A DNA stretch of 64,000 nt from Candidatus Eiseniibacteriota bacterium (lineage in GTDB: Bacteria > Eisenbacteria > RBG-16-71-46 > CAIMUX01 > VGJL01), in assembly GCA_963792585.1 (NCBI GenBank), contig CAWBWI010000006.1:896001-960000 (forward strand), written 5' to 3'. The position numbers were made by a program, and so were the translations under genes. The notes beneath the pieces were generated by a model. The model saw only the letters and a list, made by a program, of their open reading frames with translations, did no database searches and had not been told where the DNA came from. This document shows positions 48,618-58,844 of this stretch, one piece after another. Within the stretch, counting starts at the first letter, position 1. Every line of letters starts with the position of its first letter.

Positions 48618-51203
48618 ATGCGTTTACGACTTCGCGCCGCGATTCTCGTTCTAGCGGTCTCGGGAGCACCGGCCTTTGCACAGGAACCCCGGTCCCTCGG
48701 GCTCGAGAAGCCGTTCTTCGTCGGCAACATGCAGACGATCGACCGCGACGCTGCGATCGACCTCGGCAACGACGGCGTAACCGACCTCCTGATCTATGGC
48801 TCCGGCCTTCTCGGCGGGACAGAGAGAATTCCAGCCGGATCGCGCGGCGCACTGCAGATCATCGCCCGCGACGCCGACGGCCGGTGGCGTCACGCACAGT
48901 CGTTCCCCAATCTGCCCGATCGTTTTGCGGACCCGACATTCGCCCACGGAGATGTGGACGGAGACGGTCTGGAGGACATCCTCACCGGCATCGTCTCCGA
49001 GCAACAGCATTGGAACGATCCGGAAACATACGGCATCGACTTCCTCCGTCAGGCCCCCTCCGGAGAACTCCAGCGGGCCGGCACCGCCTCCCTGGACTCG
49101 ATCATCCAGGAACGTTCGAGAATCAGCATCTTGGGCGACGGCTCAGGAAGGGTCTTGGTCACGACCCCTTCCCATGCCGCGAACGAGGCGTGGGGAGTCT
49201 GGGGGACACTGCTACAGTGGCGTGCGGAGACCGGTTGGATGCAGCTGTGGCGCGCCGCCGCCGATTCGGTGGTCCATTACAATACGGATATCGGGCGCGG
49301 AATCCTCCTCGGAGACGGCTTCCCGCTCTGGGTCACCTACGGCTATGACCCCTACTCCGGCCGCCGTTGGGGCAGCGCCTTCCCGATCAAGCCCGACGGA
49401 TGGGGAACCGCGATCGCCTTCGACCTCCCGCGCAACGGGCAGTTCTATGAGCTGGAGCGTAACGGAGAGCGTGAGCTGTGGTGCTGGACCGAAGCGGAGG
49501 ATGATTCGCTCTATCAGATCGTCAAAGTGCCGGGGGCCGATTCGATCTATGCGCGGGCGATCCCCATCGAAGGACTATCGCAAACCATCAATTTGACCCC
49601 GATCGACGCGGTCGTGACCTCGAGCGGGACGACGTATCTTCTCGCGACCGAAGAATACAACCACGCCTATCTCGTCGAGCTGTCACGAGATGGTTCGGCG
49701 CGCCTCCAGTCCCACTGGACGGGTCCGTACGCGGCACCGATTCGACTGGTCATTGCTCCCAAAGGAAACGTCGAGGTTCTCTGGGGCAACTCCAGAGTGC
49801 TTCTCCTCCTTCCACCGCAGCCCCATGAGATCCCCCCGCCTTTAGTGCCGATCCGCATCTCGCAGCTCGATGCGCAAACGGACTTCGACGGCGATGGTTT
49901 GATCGACCTCGTCGTCCAAGGAACGGTGGGCGGGGTCACCGCGGGTTGGATCCTTCGCGGGATCGACAGACCCCCCTGGTTCCGAACGCCCGAGCCGGTG
50001 AACTCCTTCCCGGATGACCCCCGTATGTCCTACTCCTGCGCTGTCGGCGACCTGGACGGCGACGGCCGCACGGACCTGATCCAGCTCTTCGAGGATTATT
50101 GGAGCGAACCGCGCGCCGCGATGATGGTCTGCCGATTCTGGGATCGATGGCGGTTCCGGCATGACAACGCCTCGGACGCAGCCCTGGCAAACATCGCCGG
50201 CTGGGAAGTCGGTGACTTCGACGGTGACCGCCGCGACGAGGTCATCGTCATCTGGCGCGCCCTCGACGGAGAGGTCAAGCGCACCATCTACAAATGGAAT
50301 CGTAACGGAGAACTGGAGTCCTCCCGAGAATTCAAGGACCCCTCGTTCAATTACTACGATCTTTGGCGCGCAGGTGACGTCGACGGCGATGGCCGCGACG
50401 AACTGATGGGCGCCCGGGAGTTCAGCTTCGCCCTCTGGAGGATCGATCCCGATTCGGCCACGGCCACCATTCTCGGCTCCTGGGCCCACGGACGGGGCTT
50501 CGAGGGAGGCGGGCTCGCCGACCTGAGCGGCGACGGTTGTGACGATCTCTACTGGTTCGGCCAGGACGAGTCGTGGGTCTGGTCTCTCGAGAGCAAGGAC
50601 CCGTACTCGTTCACGCGCGGGCAGATCCCGTTCGAACCTCTCGTCGGCGCGGACTTCACCGCTGTGGACGTGGACACGGATGGATGCCCGGATCTGCTCG
50701 GCGACTCGGACGACGGACTCGTCGAGATGATCGCCAATCCGCTGGATTCCCCCCGCCCCTCCATCGGGGTCCTACCGGAGTTGCTCGCGGACCTCGACCT
50801 GGTCCGGTACTCCCCCACCGTATGGGCGGACGTAGACCGGGACGGAGATCCGGATCTCGTGACCCTCTGCGGGGACGGCATTCGCGTCCACCGAAACGAG
50901 ACGATCCAGCCGGCCGATGACGGCGGCGCGTCCCCGATGGTCCGGTTCGCGGGTCGGCACCCCGCGCGCGACGAGACGAGGGTCGCGGTCCATGCCGATT
51001 GCGCCGGTGAAATCAGCTTGGAGCTTTTCGACGTGGCGGGGCGGCGCGTCTGGAGCGAAAAACGCCCCGCGTGGACCGAGGGGTGGCTCGAGGTTCCGAT
51101 CCGGCCCCGGGTCGGACGGGCCGCCGTCCCGGCGGGCGTTTATTTCCTGCGGGTGGAGGTGTCGGGACGTGTGGAAACGCAGCGAATCGTTCTGGGCTTC
51201 TAG
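48618..51203 (+). CDS. Secreted FG-GAP/VCBS-repeat protein with a C-terminal FlgD/T9SS-like domain
   Basis: Signal peptide; multiple GDxDGDGxxD motifs; C-terminal FDVAGRRV...AGVYFLRV. Confidence 0.85.
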   Translation: MRLRLRAAILVLAVSGAPAFAQEPRSLGLEKPFFVGNMQTIDRDAAIDLGNDGVTDLLIYGSGLLGGTERIPAGSRGALQIIARDADGRWRHAQSFPNLPDRFADPTFAHGDVDGDGLEDILTGIVSEQQHWNDPETYGIDFLRQAPSGELQRAGTASLDSIIQERSRISILGDGSGRVLVTTPSHAANEAWGVWGTLLQWRAETGWMQLWRAAADSVVHYNTDIGRGILLGDGFPLWVTYGYDPYSGRRWGSAFPIKPDGWGTAIAFDLPRNGQFYELERNGERELWCWTEAEDDSLYQIVKVPGADSIYARAIPIEGLSQTINLTPIDAVVTSSGTTYLLATEEYNHAYLVELSRDGSARLQSHWTGPYAAPIRLVIAPKGNVEVLWGNSRVLLLLPPQPHEIPPPLVPIRISQLDAQTDFDGDGLIDLVVQGTVGGVTAGWILRGIDRPPWFRTPEPVNSFPDDPRMSYSCAVGDLDGDGRTDLIQLFEDYWSEPRAAMMVCRFWDRWRFRHDNASDAALANIAGWEVGDFDGDRRDEVIVIWRALDGEVKRTIYKWNRNGELESSREFKDPSFNYYDLWRAGDVDGDGRDELMGAREFSFALWRIDPDSATATILGSWAHGRGFEGGGLADLSGDGCDDLYWFGQDESWVWSLESKDPYSFTRGQIPFEPLVGADFTAVDVDTDGCPDLLGDSDDGLVEMIANPLDSPRPSIGVLPELLADLDLVRYSPTVWADVDRDGDPDLVTLCGDGIRVHRNETIQPADDGGASPMVRFAGRHPARDETRVAVHADCAGEISLELFDVAGRRVWSEKRPAWTEGWLEVPIRPRVGRAAVPAGVYFLRVEVSGRVETQRIVLGF

Positions 51204-52107
51204 CATCCTCTGCCTGGGGTTCCTGCTCTCCGGCTGCGCGGGAGACGAGGAACTCACGTACGATCCGGCGGCGTCGCCGCTCATGATCCAGCCCCGATTC
51301 CAGACGCAGTACGATCTCGCGCCCACCGTGAGCACCGACGCCTCGGTCCTCGCATGGGTCCGCATTGGTTCGAACGGCGACGACGATCCCAACTCGTGCC
51401 GGGTGATGCGACTTCGCCGCGCATCGGGCGTGATCGACACCCTGATCGCCCTCCAATCCCCCATCGAGGCGCTCGACATTTCCCCCGATGGAAACGCAAT
51501 CGTCGGGATCATCCCGATCGGCGCCGACAGCGTTCTACTGGGGCTCTGGCGGGACGGTCAGGTGGAGCCGCCGCGCCTCTTTCCCCTGAGTTACCTGAGT
51601 CCCCGCACGCCCCGATGGGACGGAGAGGTCTCCGTGCTCTTCGGCGCAACCGGACCTGAGGGAGGCGGCGTCTACCGGTGGGACCTGTCGACGGACCGGA
51701 TCACCCCCGTCTCGGTCCGCTTCACGGATCCGCTCGAGGAGTGGAGCGGCCGCTCGCCCGGCATCGACCGCTCGGGCGGCATGGTCTGCATGGAGCGGAA
51801 GACGGATCGCTTCACGTTCCAGGCGATGGTGCAGTCCCTCGATGGGCGAGACGAACCCATCTACGCAGTGGCGGGGGGCTCGCCCCACTTCTGGCAACTC
51901 GTTCCCGATGAGCCGGACGGTCTCCTCTTCCTCGACTCGCGGGCGAACCTCTGGGCCGCCCGCCTCGCGACGGGCGATGTCTACCCGATCCTCGCCGGGG
52001 TCTACGACTACGACGTTTCGCCCGACGGCCGGTGGCTCTTCGCGCGCGCGAGCGTCCCGTACAGCGGACTCGCGCTCATTCTGCGGGACATGCGGGATCT
52101 GCGATGA
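51169..52107 (+). CDS. TolB-like beta-propeller lipoprotein
   Basis: GTG 51169 follows GGAGGT; lipobox LLSGC; ISPDG and VSPDGRW repeats. Confidence 0.7.
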   Translation: MWKRSESFWASSILCLGFLLSGCAGDEELTYDPAASPLMIQPRFQTQYDLAPTVSTDASVLAWVRIGSNGDDDPNSCRVMRLRRASGVIDTLIALQSPIEALDISPDGNAIVGIIPIGADSVLLGLWRDGQVEPPRLFPLSYLSPRTPRWDGEVSVLFGATGPEGGGVYRWDLSTDRITPVSVRFTDPLEEWSGRSPGIDRSGGMVCMERKTDRFTFQAMVQSLDGRDEPIYAVAGGSPHFWQLVPDEPDGLLFLDSRANLWAARLATGDVYPILAGVYDYDVSPDGRWLFARASVPYSGLALILRDMRDLR

Positions 52108-54395
52108 GGAGGCTCCTGGCGACGCTCCTGCCCGCGCTGCTCCTGGCGCTCACCCCGCCCGCGCGCGGCGATTCCCCATACGTTCTCTCGGGGCAGGTCC
52201 GGGACCGGTTGACGCTGCGGCCGATCTCCGGGGCGATGGTGATCCTCGATGAAGCGCGCGAGACGGTCCGCGCCGACTCGCTCGGGCTCTTTCGGATCGA
52301 ACTCGACGGACCGGGAACCTTTCGCGTCCGCGCATCCGCGCCCCAATACGAGGCCACGGCATGGCGGGCGATCACCGTGGCCGCGACAGCCCCCACCCCG
52401 GTGGTCGTGATCGATCTCGACGCGCAGACCTATCGCGTCCCGACCGTCGAGATCTACGGGGAGCGATTCCGGCCCGACCTCCCCCAGGCCCCCACGCGCA
52501 CGCTCCTCGCATCCGACATCCGCCGCGCGCCCGGCGGATTCCAGGATCCCCTCCGGGCGATCCAGGAGAGCCGCTCGATCGAGTCCCGCAACGATCTCGG
52601 CACACTGCTCACGATCCGCGGCGGCGAGCCGGACCAGATCCTCTTCCTCAGCGACGGCTTCGACATCTACAACCCGTACCGGATGCGGATCGTTCTCGGC
52701 GGAGGGGTGAGCCTCGCCAATCCCGACGTGGTCGAGTCGGTCGAGCTGTATGCGGGGGGTTATTCGGCGCGCTACGGGAACCGGACCTCGGGAGTGATCC
52801 ACCTACGGACGCGCGAGGGAAATCGTCTGTCGTTCCGCTCGCGCGCGACCCTCTCGGTGGTCGCCGCTTCGTGCGCGCTCGAGGGGCCGATCGCCGGCGG
52901 GCACGGAAGCTGGCTCGTCGGCGCCCGCCGCACCTATTACGATCTCTTCATCCGTCCCCCACAGGGGCAGGGTACGCAATATCCCTATCTGGGCGAGATT
53001 CAAGGCCGCCTCGACTACGACCTCACCCCCACGCAGAGACTCACCGCACGGGGCTCGACGAGCGACGAAGGGGTCGACGTCATCTGGCAAGGGGATGAGG
53101 ATTCGCAGGACTCCGACACGCGGGCGTCGAGCGCCACGTCGAACGGTTCTCTGGAGCACGTGCTTCGATGGAACGGATCGCTCCACATGACGACCCGGCT
53201 CTCGATGTTGGCCGATCGCAGCAAGCTCTTCCTCTTCGGGGTGCAGGATAGCGCGACGTTCGCCGATGCCCACAGCCGCGCCTGGAGGGCGGGCGTGTCG
53301 CACGAATGGGAGCTGGCATCGCCACCGCATCTGACGCGCGTCGGGATCGAGCTCGACCGCTACCGGTCCAAGGTCGACTGGACGGCCGACGCGGACGCAT
53401 CTCCGACCCAGAACCCAGTGCCCGATTCGCTGCGAATCGACGATGCGCTCACCTATCGCGCCGTGTATATCGAGGACGTCGTGGCCGTCCGTCAGAAATG
53501 GTATCTCTCCCTCGGGCTCCGCTTCGAGGACGCCGAAGGCTCTTCCCCGATCCAGGCGAGCCCCCGCGTCTCGTTGCGCGGCGAGCTTCCCGGCGCGATA
53601 CGCGTGCGTGTCGGTGCGGGCGAGTTTCTGCAGTACCCGGATGGGATCCAGTCCTTCTCGAGGGAGGTCCCGCTGGGTCTCGGGGACTTGAACGAACTGC
53701 CGCCGGAACGCGCCGGGCTCGTGAGCCTGGGTCTCGACGGCGGCTGGAAGAGGATGACCTGGGCGATCGAAGGGTACGCGCGGGACACCCGGGACCTGAC
53801 CGTTCCGCTCGATCGTTCGAGTTATCGGGCCGAGGCGTCGGGGCGGGCGGTCGCCCGCGGTCTCGAGACCGAGATCGCCCTCACGAGCCTTCCCCGCGGG
53901 GTTCGGGATGGAATCTGGCACGAAGGAATCGATCTGCGCCTCGCCCATGCCTGGATCGATAGCCGCTTCCAGGGCGGGATCTTCGAAGACTGGACCCCCA
54001 CCGGAGCCGAGCGGGTCCACTCCTTCCTCGGACGACTTGCCTTCCCGCTCAGTCGCAGCGTTCAGTTCTCCGCAGTCGTCCGGCTCGCTTCGGGCGCGCC
54101 GACCACCCCTCTCCTCGCCCGGATCGCGCACTGGGATGCGGAGGACCGGCCCCGTTACGAGCCGGTCTGGGGCAAGCCGTTCTCTGCACGCACCGCGGCA
54201 TACGAACGGCTCGATCTCAGGATCGATCGAGAGGTCATGGTCTGGGGACGCCGCGGCTTGGTTTTCCTGGAAGTCATGAACGCCACCAACCGGAAGAATT
54301 GCCAATCCTACCAGTGGAATTCCAGCCTCTCGCACCGATATCCGGTGACCGGAATGCCGATTTTGCCGTTCATCGGACTGAGCGTCTGGAGCTGA
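52104..54395 (+). CDS. TonB-dependent receptor with an N-terminal carboxypeptidase-regulatory-like domain
   Basis: LSGQVRD..PISGA, plug IRGGEPDQ and GGYSARYGNRTSGVI, SPRVSL, YERLDLR and C-terminal PILPFIG. Confidence 0.9.
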   Translation: MRRLLATLLPALLLALTPPARGDSPYVLSGQVRDRLTLRPISGAMVILDEARETVRADSLGLFRIELDGPGTFRVRASAPQYEATAWRAITVAATAPTPVVVIDLDAQTYRVPTVEIYGERFRPDLPQAPTRTLLASDIRRAPGGFQDPLRAIQESRSIESRNDLGTLLTIRGGEPDQILFLSDGFDIYNPYRMRIVLGGGVSLANPDVVESVELYAGGYSARYGNRTSGVIHLRTREGNRLSFRSRATLSVVAASCALEGPIAGGHGSWLVGARRTYYDLFIRPPQGQGTQYPYLGEIQGRLDYDLTPTQRLTARGSTSDEGVDVIWQGDEDSQDSDTRASSATSNGSLEHVLRWNGSLHMTTRLSMLADRSKLFLFGVQDSATFADAHSRAWRAGVSHEWELASPPHLTRVGIELDRYRSKVDWTADADASPTQNPVPDSLRIDDALTYRAVYIEDVVAVRQKWYLSLGLRFEDAEGSSPIQASPRVSLRGELPGAIRVRVGAGEFLQYPDGIQSFSREVPLGLGDLNELPPERAGLVSLGLDGGWKRMTWAIEGYARDTRDLTVPLDRSSYRAEASGRAVARGLETEIALTSLPRGVRDGIWHEGIDLRLAHAWIDSRFQGGIFEDWTPTGAERVHSFLGRLAFPLSRSVQFSAVVRLASGAPTTPLLARIAHWDAEDRPRYEPVWGKPFSARTAAYERLDLRIDREVMVWGRRGLVFLEVMNATNRKNCQSYQWNSSLSHRYPVTGMPILPFIGLSVWS

Positions 54396-54441
54396 GAAAT
54401 GTGGTAAAATAGCTCCCTCACCTGCGCTTAAGGAGGCACGG

Positions 54442-56184
54442 ATGCGCACGCTTACTTGGATTCTCTTCGCCCTTCTTTTGGTTCCCGGACTCGCCATGGG
54501 ACTCGATCTCGCCAGCCGGCCGGTGGGTCCCGTCATGACATGGAACGCGGGCGCGATGGAGCGCTACGACTCGGCCTGGCTCCACGTGAAGTTCGTGGAA
54601 GGATCCCGCGTCCGCCTCGATCAAGACCGTTTCGTCGACGACTCGGGCCTCGATCTGACGAACGTGGCGGCCACGCTCGCCGGGGCGCAGGTCGTCGAGA
54701 TCCGCCGCACATTCGACGGCGATCCCGCCGAACTTCGCGCGCTGAAGGCCATCGGAGAGGCGCGTTCCGGAGTAACGGGACCGGACCTCTCGCTCTGGTT
54801 CGACATCCAGGTCGGCGGTGGACATGCGGGGGTCGCCCAACTCGTCAACGAGCTGAACGGCCTCCCCGTGGTGGAGATCGCCCACCCGGCTCCGATCGTG
54901 GAGAACGCCGTCATCGATGCGCCCGCGCCGGCCGCCCCCGTGCAACGGGACGGAACCCGCACGCCGAACTTCGTCGGCCAGCAGGGATACCTGGGCGCGG
55001 CGCCGATCGGACTCAACGCCGCAGCCGCCTGGATCACCACCGGCGGACACGGCGAAGGCCAGCACTTCATCGACGTGGAGTTGTGCTGGACCGAGGATCA
55101 CGAAGACTTCAACTTCGGCAACAACTTCTACATCGGCGGCGCGAGCCAGGATCCGGTGTACGAGACGCACGGCACGGCCGTCCTCGGCGAGATCATCGGC
55201 CAGGACAACGGCTTCGGGATCAACGGATTCGCGCCGGCCATCCAGTACGGCGTCGTCGCAGTCACCGTCGCCGAATGGCCCAATGTCCCCCACTACTTCC
55301 AGGAGGCGATCGATCACCTCAACACAGGGGACGTCTGGCTGATCGAGCTGCAGATGTACCCGCCGGGCAAGAGCGCCACACCGATGGAGTGGCTCCAGGT
55401 CAACTACGACGTGATCTGGACGGGCTCATGGGCGCGCGGGATCGTCTGCATCGAGGCGGGCGCGAACGGGAGCCAGAACCTCGATGACGCGTCTTGGGGA
55501 GGTGTATTCAATCGCAACGTGCGCGACTCCGGCGCGATCATGTGCGCCGCCGGAACACCCACGGGCCTCATCGCCGAGTCCTTCACGAACTACGGGAGCC
55601 GCATGGACGTGCACGCTTGGGGCTCGTCCATCGTGACAACCGGCTATGGCGACCTCTACAACGGAGGCAGCCTGCAGACGATGTACACGGCGGGGTTCAG
55701 CGGGACGTCCGGCGCCTCGCCGATGGCGACCGGAGCCGCCAACTGCTTGCAGGGGATCGCGCGCGCGAGCCTCGGTGCGCCGCTCGATCCGATCCGGCTT
55801 CGGACGATCATGCACGACACGGGCACACCGTATAGCGGGACGCGGATCATCGGACCGCGCCCGAACCTCGCCAATGCCGTGCCGGCCGTTCTGGCGATCG
55901 CCGGAGCGCCGGATCCGGCGACGACTCTGAATCGCTTCGCCTGGCCGAATCCATCGGTCTCGGGATCGGAGATCCGCTTCTACGTGCCGGGGACGGCCTC
56001 CGGCCGCTTGGCGATCTTCGATGCAACGGGACGCCGTGTGCGCAGTCTCGCGGGCGCATCATCGGCCACCTGGTCCTGGGACGGCCGCGACGAGGGTGGT
56101 CGCGAGATCGGCCCCGGGGTCTACTTCTACAGAACCGAAGCGAACGGGGATCGCAACGCCGGTCGCATCATCCGCCTGAGGTAA
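54442..56184 (+). CDS. Secreted S8 (subtilisin-like) peptidase with a C-terminal FlgD/T9SS-like domain
   Basis: Catalytic-triad contexts IDVE, THGTAVLG and FSGTSGASP; oxyanion GANG; WPNP...WDGRD..G...GVYF. Confidence 0.9.
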   Translation: MRTLTWILFALLLVPGLAMGLDLASRPVGPVMTWNAGAMERYDSAWLHVKFVEGSRVRLDQDRFVDDSGLDLTNVAATLAGAQVVEIRRTFDGDPAELRALKAIGEARSGVTGPDLSLWFDIQVGGGHAGVAQLVNELNGLPVVEIAHPAPIVENAVIDAPAPAAPVQRDGTRTPNFVGQQGYLGAAPIGLNAAAAWITTGGHGEGQHFIDVELCWTEDHEDFNFGNNFYIGGASQDPVYETHGTAVLGEIIGQDNGFGINGFAPAIQYGVVAVTVAEWPNVPHYFQEAIDHLNTGDVWLIELQMYPPGKSATPMEWLQVNYDVIWTGSWARGIVCIEAGANGSQNLDDASWGGVFNRNVRDSGAIMCAAGTPTGLIAESFTNYGSRMDVHAWGSSIVTTGYGDLYNGGSLQTMYTAGFSGTSGASPMATGAANCLQGIARASLGAPLDPIRLRTIMHDTGTPYSGTRIIGPRPNLANAVPAVLAIAGAPDPATTLNRFAWPNPSVSGSEIRFYVPGTASGRLAIFDATGRRVRSLAGASSATWSWDGRDEGGREIGPGVYFYRTEANGDRNAGRIIRLR

Positions 56185-56214
56185 TGCCGACCGGCGCCGA
56201 TTCTCGGCGTCGCA

Positions 56215-56261
56215 TGCGAGAGGCGACCTTCTCCATTTCGGGAGAGGGTCGCCTTCTCGCA
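56215..56261. terminator. Strong hairpin between convergent genes (probable terminator)
   Basis: AGGCGACCTTCTCC-atttcg-GGAGAGGGTCGCCT, extendable by TGCGAG/CTCGCA. No long U tract. Confidence 0.55.
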
Positions 56262-56275
56262 ACCGGACGGACATC

Positions 56276-57955
56276 CTAGGCGCGCACGCGTCGCAGGAGT
56301 CCGTCGAGCACGAACTTCCTCAGAATGACGATGCCGAAGAAGGTCAGCATGACGGCGGAGATCACATCGTAGTGCCAGCGGAGGACGGCGGTCGCGAAGA
56401 ACGCCGCGCTTGCGGCCAAGGCGGTGATGTTCACGCCGCGACGCAATCGCGGATCGAGAGCCAGCCATCGCTCCGGCCCCGGTCCGGCCTTCTCGTCCGC
56501 AGCAGTCGCCGTGGTCTGCTTACGGTCGGGCAGCAGATGCACCGCCGCGAAGCTCAGCAGGTAGGCCAGGGAGCCGATCAAGATCAGCATGTTGATCGAC
56601 AGTTCATCCCCGCGGATTCCGGGAATGCCGAAGAGCACCGCCTGGAGGTTGCGCAGCAGGCCGTACTCCAGCCCGTGCGTGTAGAGCCACGCGCCGGTGG
56701 CATAGGTGAAGGAATAGGCCAAGTTGGAGACCGACATGAAGCCGGCGAAGAGACTGCCCGCCGCCGCCACGGGAATCACCGCGCCCACGAGGCTGAACGT
56801 GGTCATCCGGATCAACGCCACGCCGATCGCGAGCAGGCCGTTGTAGGTCGCGAGGTAGGTCACCCGTGCCGCCTCCTCGCTCATGAACGGCAGGAGCGTC
56901 CGCAATCCCCGGCTGATCGAGGTGAAGTACGGATCCACGAGAAGATACTGGGTAAGGTTGATCAGCACGCTGACCACGATGTAGACGCGGAAGATCTTGC
57001 GCAGCCCCAGGCGTTCCTGCCAACGGACTCCCCGCCAAGCGAAGAGGAGCACGCCGAGGAAGTACCCGCCATAGGCCGCGCCATCCCCGATTCCGATCTG
57101 CGTCTGGGTGAACCCGAGCGACTCGATCAGATAGTTGTTCCAGAGGGCCCCCATCGCCGGCTGGAAGTGGAAGATGAAGTAGAAGAGCATCACCCCGAGG
57201 ATCGGACCGGTGTGGATTCCTCGCCAGAAACCGAGCACGGAACGCTTGAGCGGAACGGGCGTGGCCCGATCGGGGGGAAGCATCCGCACCACCACGAGCA
57301 CCGCGAGCGGCACCAGGGCCAAGCCGACCATCAGCCACCGGAAGCGGAAGTGATCCGCCGTGTACCCGCCCATGACCGCGGCGATGATCCCGGTCCCGTA
57401 GATCGCCGTCCAGCAGATCGCCTGATTGAGCCCGACCGTCGTCGCCTTCGAACGTCCGCTCGATCGCGCCTCCTCATCCCCCGCGATCACCGTCGCCCGA
57501 TCGACGGAGACGTCCGTCGCAGCGAGCACGATGGAAAGGCCGAACATGAATCCGAAGAAGATCAACGGCCCGGTGTCGATGAGCGGGGTCAGAAGGTAAC
57601 CGAGGACCGCGAGTCCGAGAAGCAAAGTGAGGATCGTACGCGTGCGCCCGTAAGCGTCGATCAGGAACCCGAGCGCCGGCTTGAAGCTCCACGCGAGATA
57701 GGACTTTGAGAAGAGACTCTGCGTCGCCGCCTCGCTGAGACCGAAGTCGGTCCGGAAGTGCCGGAAGAAGGGCTGGTAGGTGAGTCCCTGGAAGGGATTC
57801 GCCAGACCCTGGAGCACATACTCCATCGCGAAGACCAGTTTGAGCGGATGAACTCCGAAGATCTTGCGGACCGGTCGTGCGGACGGGGCGTCTGCGGCTG
57901 CCGGGTTGGGGTGGGGTTCCGGCGCTGCGGTCGGCGGCGTTCCTGGTGTCTCCAT
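56276..57955 (-). CDS. MFS transporter, folate-biopterin (BT1/FBT)-like
   Basis: More than 12 TM segments; [14 protein letters not shown] and AATDVSVD resemble FBT-family motifs. Confidence 0.7.
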   Translation of the reverse strand: METPGTPPTAAPEPHPNPAAADAPSARPVRKIFGVHPLKLVFAMEYVLQGLANPFQGLTYQPFFRHFRTDFGLSEAATQSLFSKSYLAWSFKPALGFLIDAYGRTRTILTLLLGLAVLGYLLTPLIDTGPLIFFGFMFGLSIVLAATDVSVDRATVIAGDEEARSSGRSKATTVGLNQAICWTAIYGTGIIAAVMGGYTADHFRFRWLMVGLALVPLAVLVVVRMLPPDRATPVPLKRSVLGFWRGIHTGPILGVMLFYFIFHFQPAMGALWNNYLIESLGFTQTQIGIGDGAAYGGYFLGVLLFAWRGVRWQERLGLRKIFRVYIVVSVLINLTQYLLVDPYFTSISRGLRTLLPFMSEEAARVTYLATYNGLLAIGVALIRMTTFSLVGAVIPVAAAGSLFAGFMSVSNLAYSFTYATGAWLYTHGLEYGLLRNLQAVLFGIPGIRGDELSINMLILIGSLAYLLSFAAVHLLPDRKQTTATAADEKAGPGPERWLALDPRLRRGVNITALAASAAFFATAVLRWHYDVISAVMLTFFGIVILRKFVLDGLLRRVRA

Positions 57956-58181
57956 GGTCGGAAACGATACGGGAGCCTACCGCGGACGGGAAGGGCCATC
58001 CGCGGGCACCGTCGACGCGGGAGATGGATGGCGGGGAACGTGGACCGGCGGCGCGATCAACGGCATCGGCGATCGACCTTGCCGGACGGCCGCCGAAACT
58101 GGATATTGGATCGTGGAATGGCCGTGCGAGGATATGCGAACCGGAAGCGGCTGCCCGCCTTCCCATAGAGGAGATGAAGTC

Positions 58182-58487
58182 ATGTCGAAGCAACCGAAGC
58201 TCACGGCCGATGAAATCGGTTTCCGGTTGGGCGCGCTGGCGGGTTGGTCGATCGTCGATGGGAAGATCCACAAGGAGTTTCGATTCGGCGATTTCGCCCA
58301 GGCGTTCGGCTTCATGAGCAGCGTCGCCCTGATCGCCGAAGGGATGAACCACCATCCGGAGTGGTCGAACGTCTACAGCAAGGTCGTGATCGATCTGACG
58401 ACCCACGACGCGGGAGGGATCACCGAACTCGACATCGAGCTCGCACGCCGTGTCGAGCAGCTCCTGGATGCGCGGAAGCGTCCATAA
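58182..58487 (+). CDS. phhB: Pterin-4-alpha-carbinolamine dehydratase
   Basis: [18 protein letters not shown] and [13 protein letters not shown] motifs. Confidence 0.9.
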   Translation: MSKQPKLTADEIGFRLGALAGWSIVDGKIHKEFRFGDFAQAFGFMSSVALIAEGMNHHPEWSNVYSKVVIDLTTHDAGGITELDIELARRVEQLLDARKRP

Positions 58488-58844
58488 CCCGATCTTCGTA
58501 GAAGATCAACCGACACTTCACTCGGTCTGGACCCCGGAATCGGAGATGATTCGTTCGTCGAAGGCGGGCGGATCGAATCGACACTTTCTACGAGCGCCCG
58601 GTCGTTTCGACATATACGAGGACGTCGCGGGGCCTACCTGATTCCCCCGATTGAATCCCCCAGGGTCAGCCCTGCGGCGCTCCTCATGAACTCCCTCCGC
58701 CGTCGCGCGGACCGGCCGCTCCGCAAGCGACTCCCCCGCGCGTGTTTCCCGCTGTCTGGACATGAACCGCCGCGCCCGATACTCTTGCCGAGAATGCGGG
58801 CCGGAAATCCACCATCCGGCCGCGGGGAAAGGATTGGGAGGACC

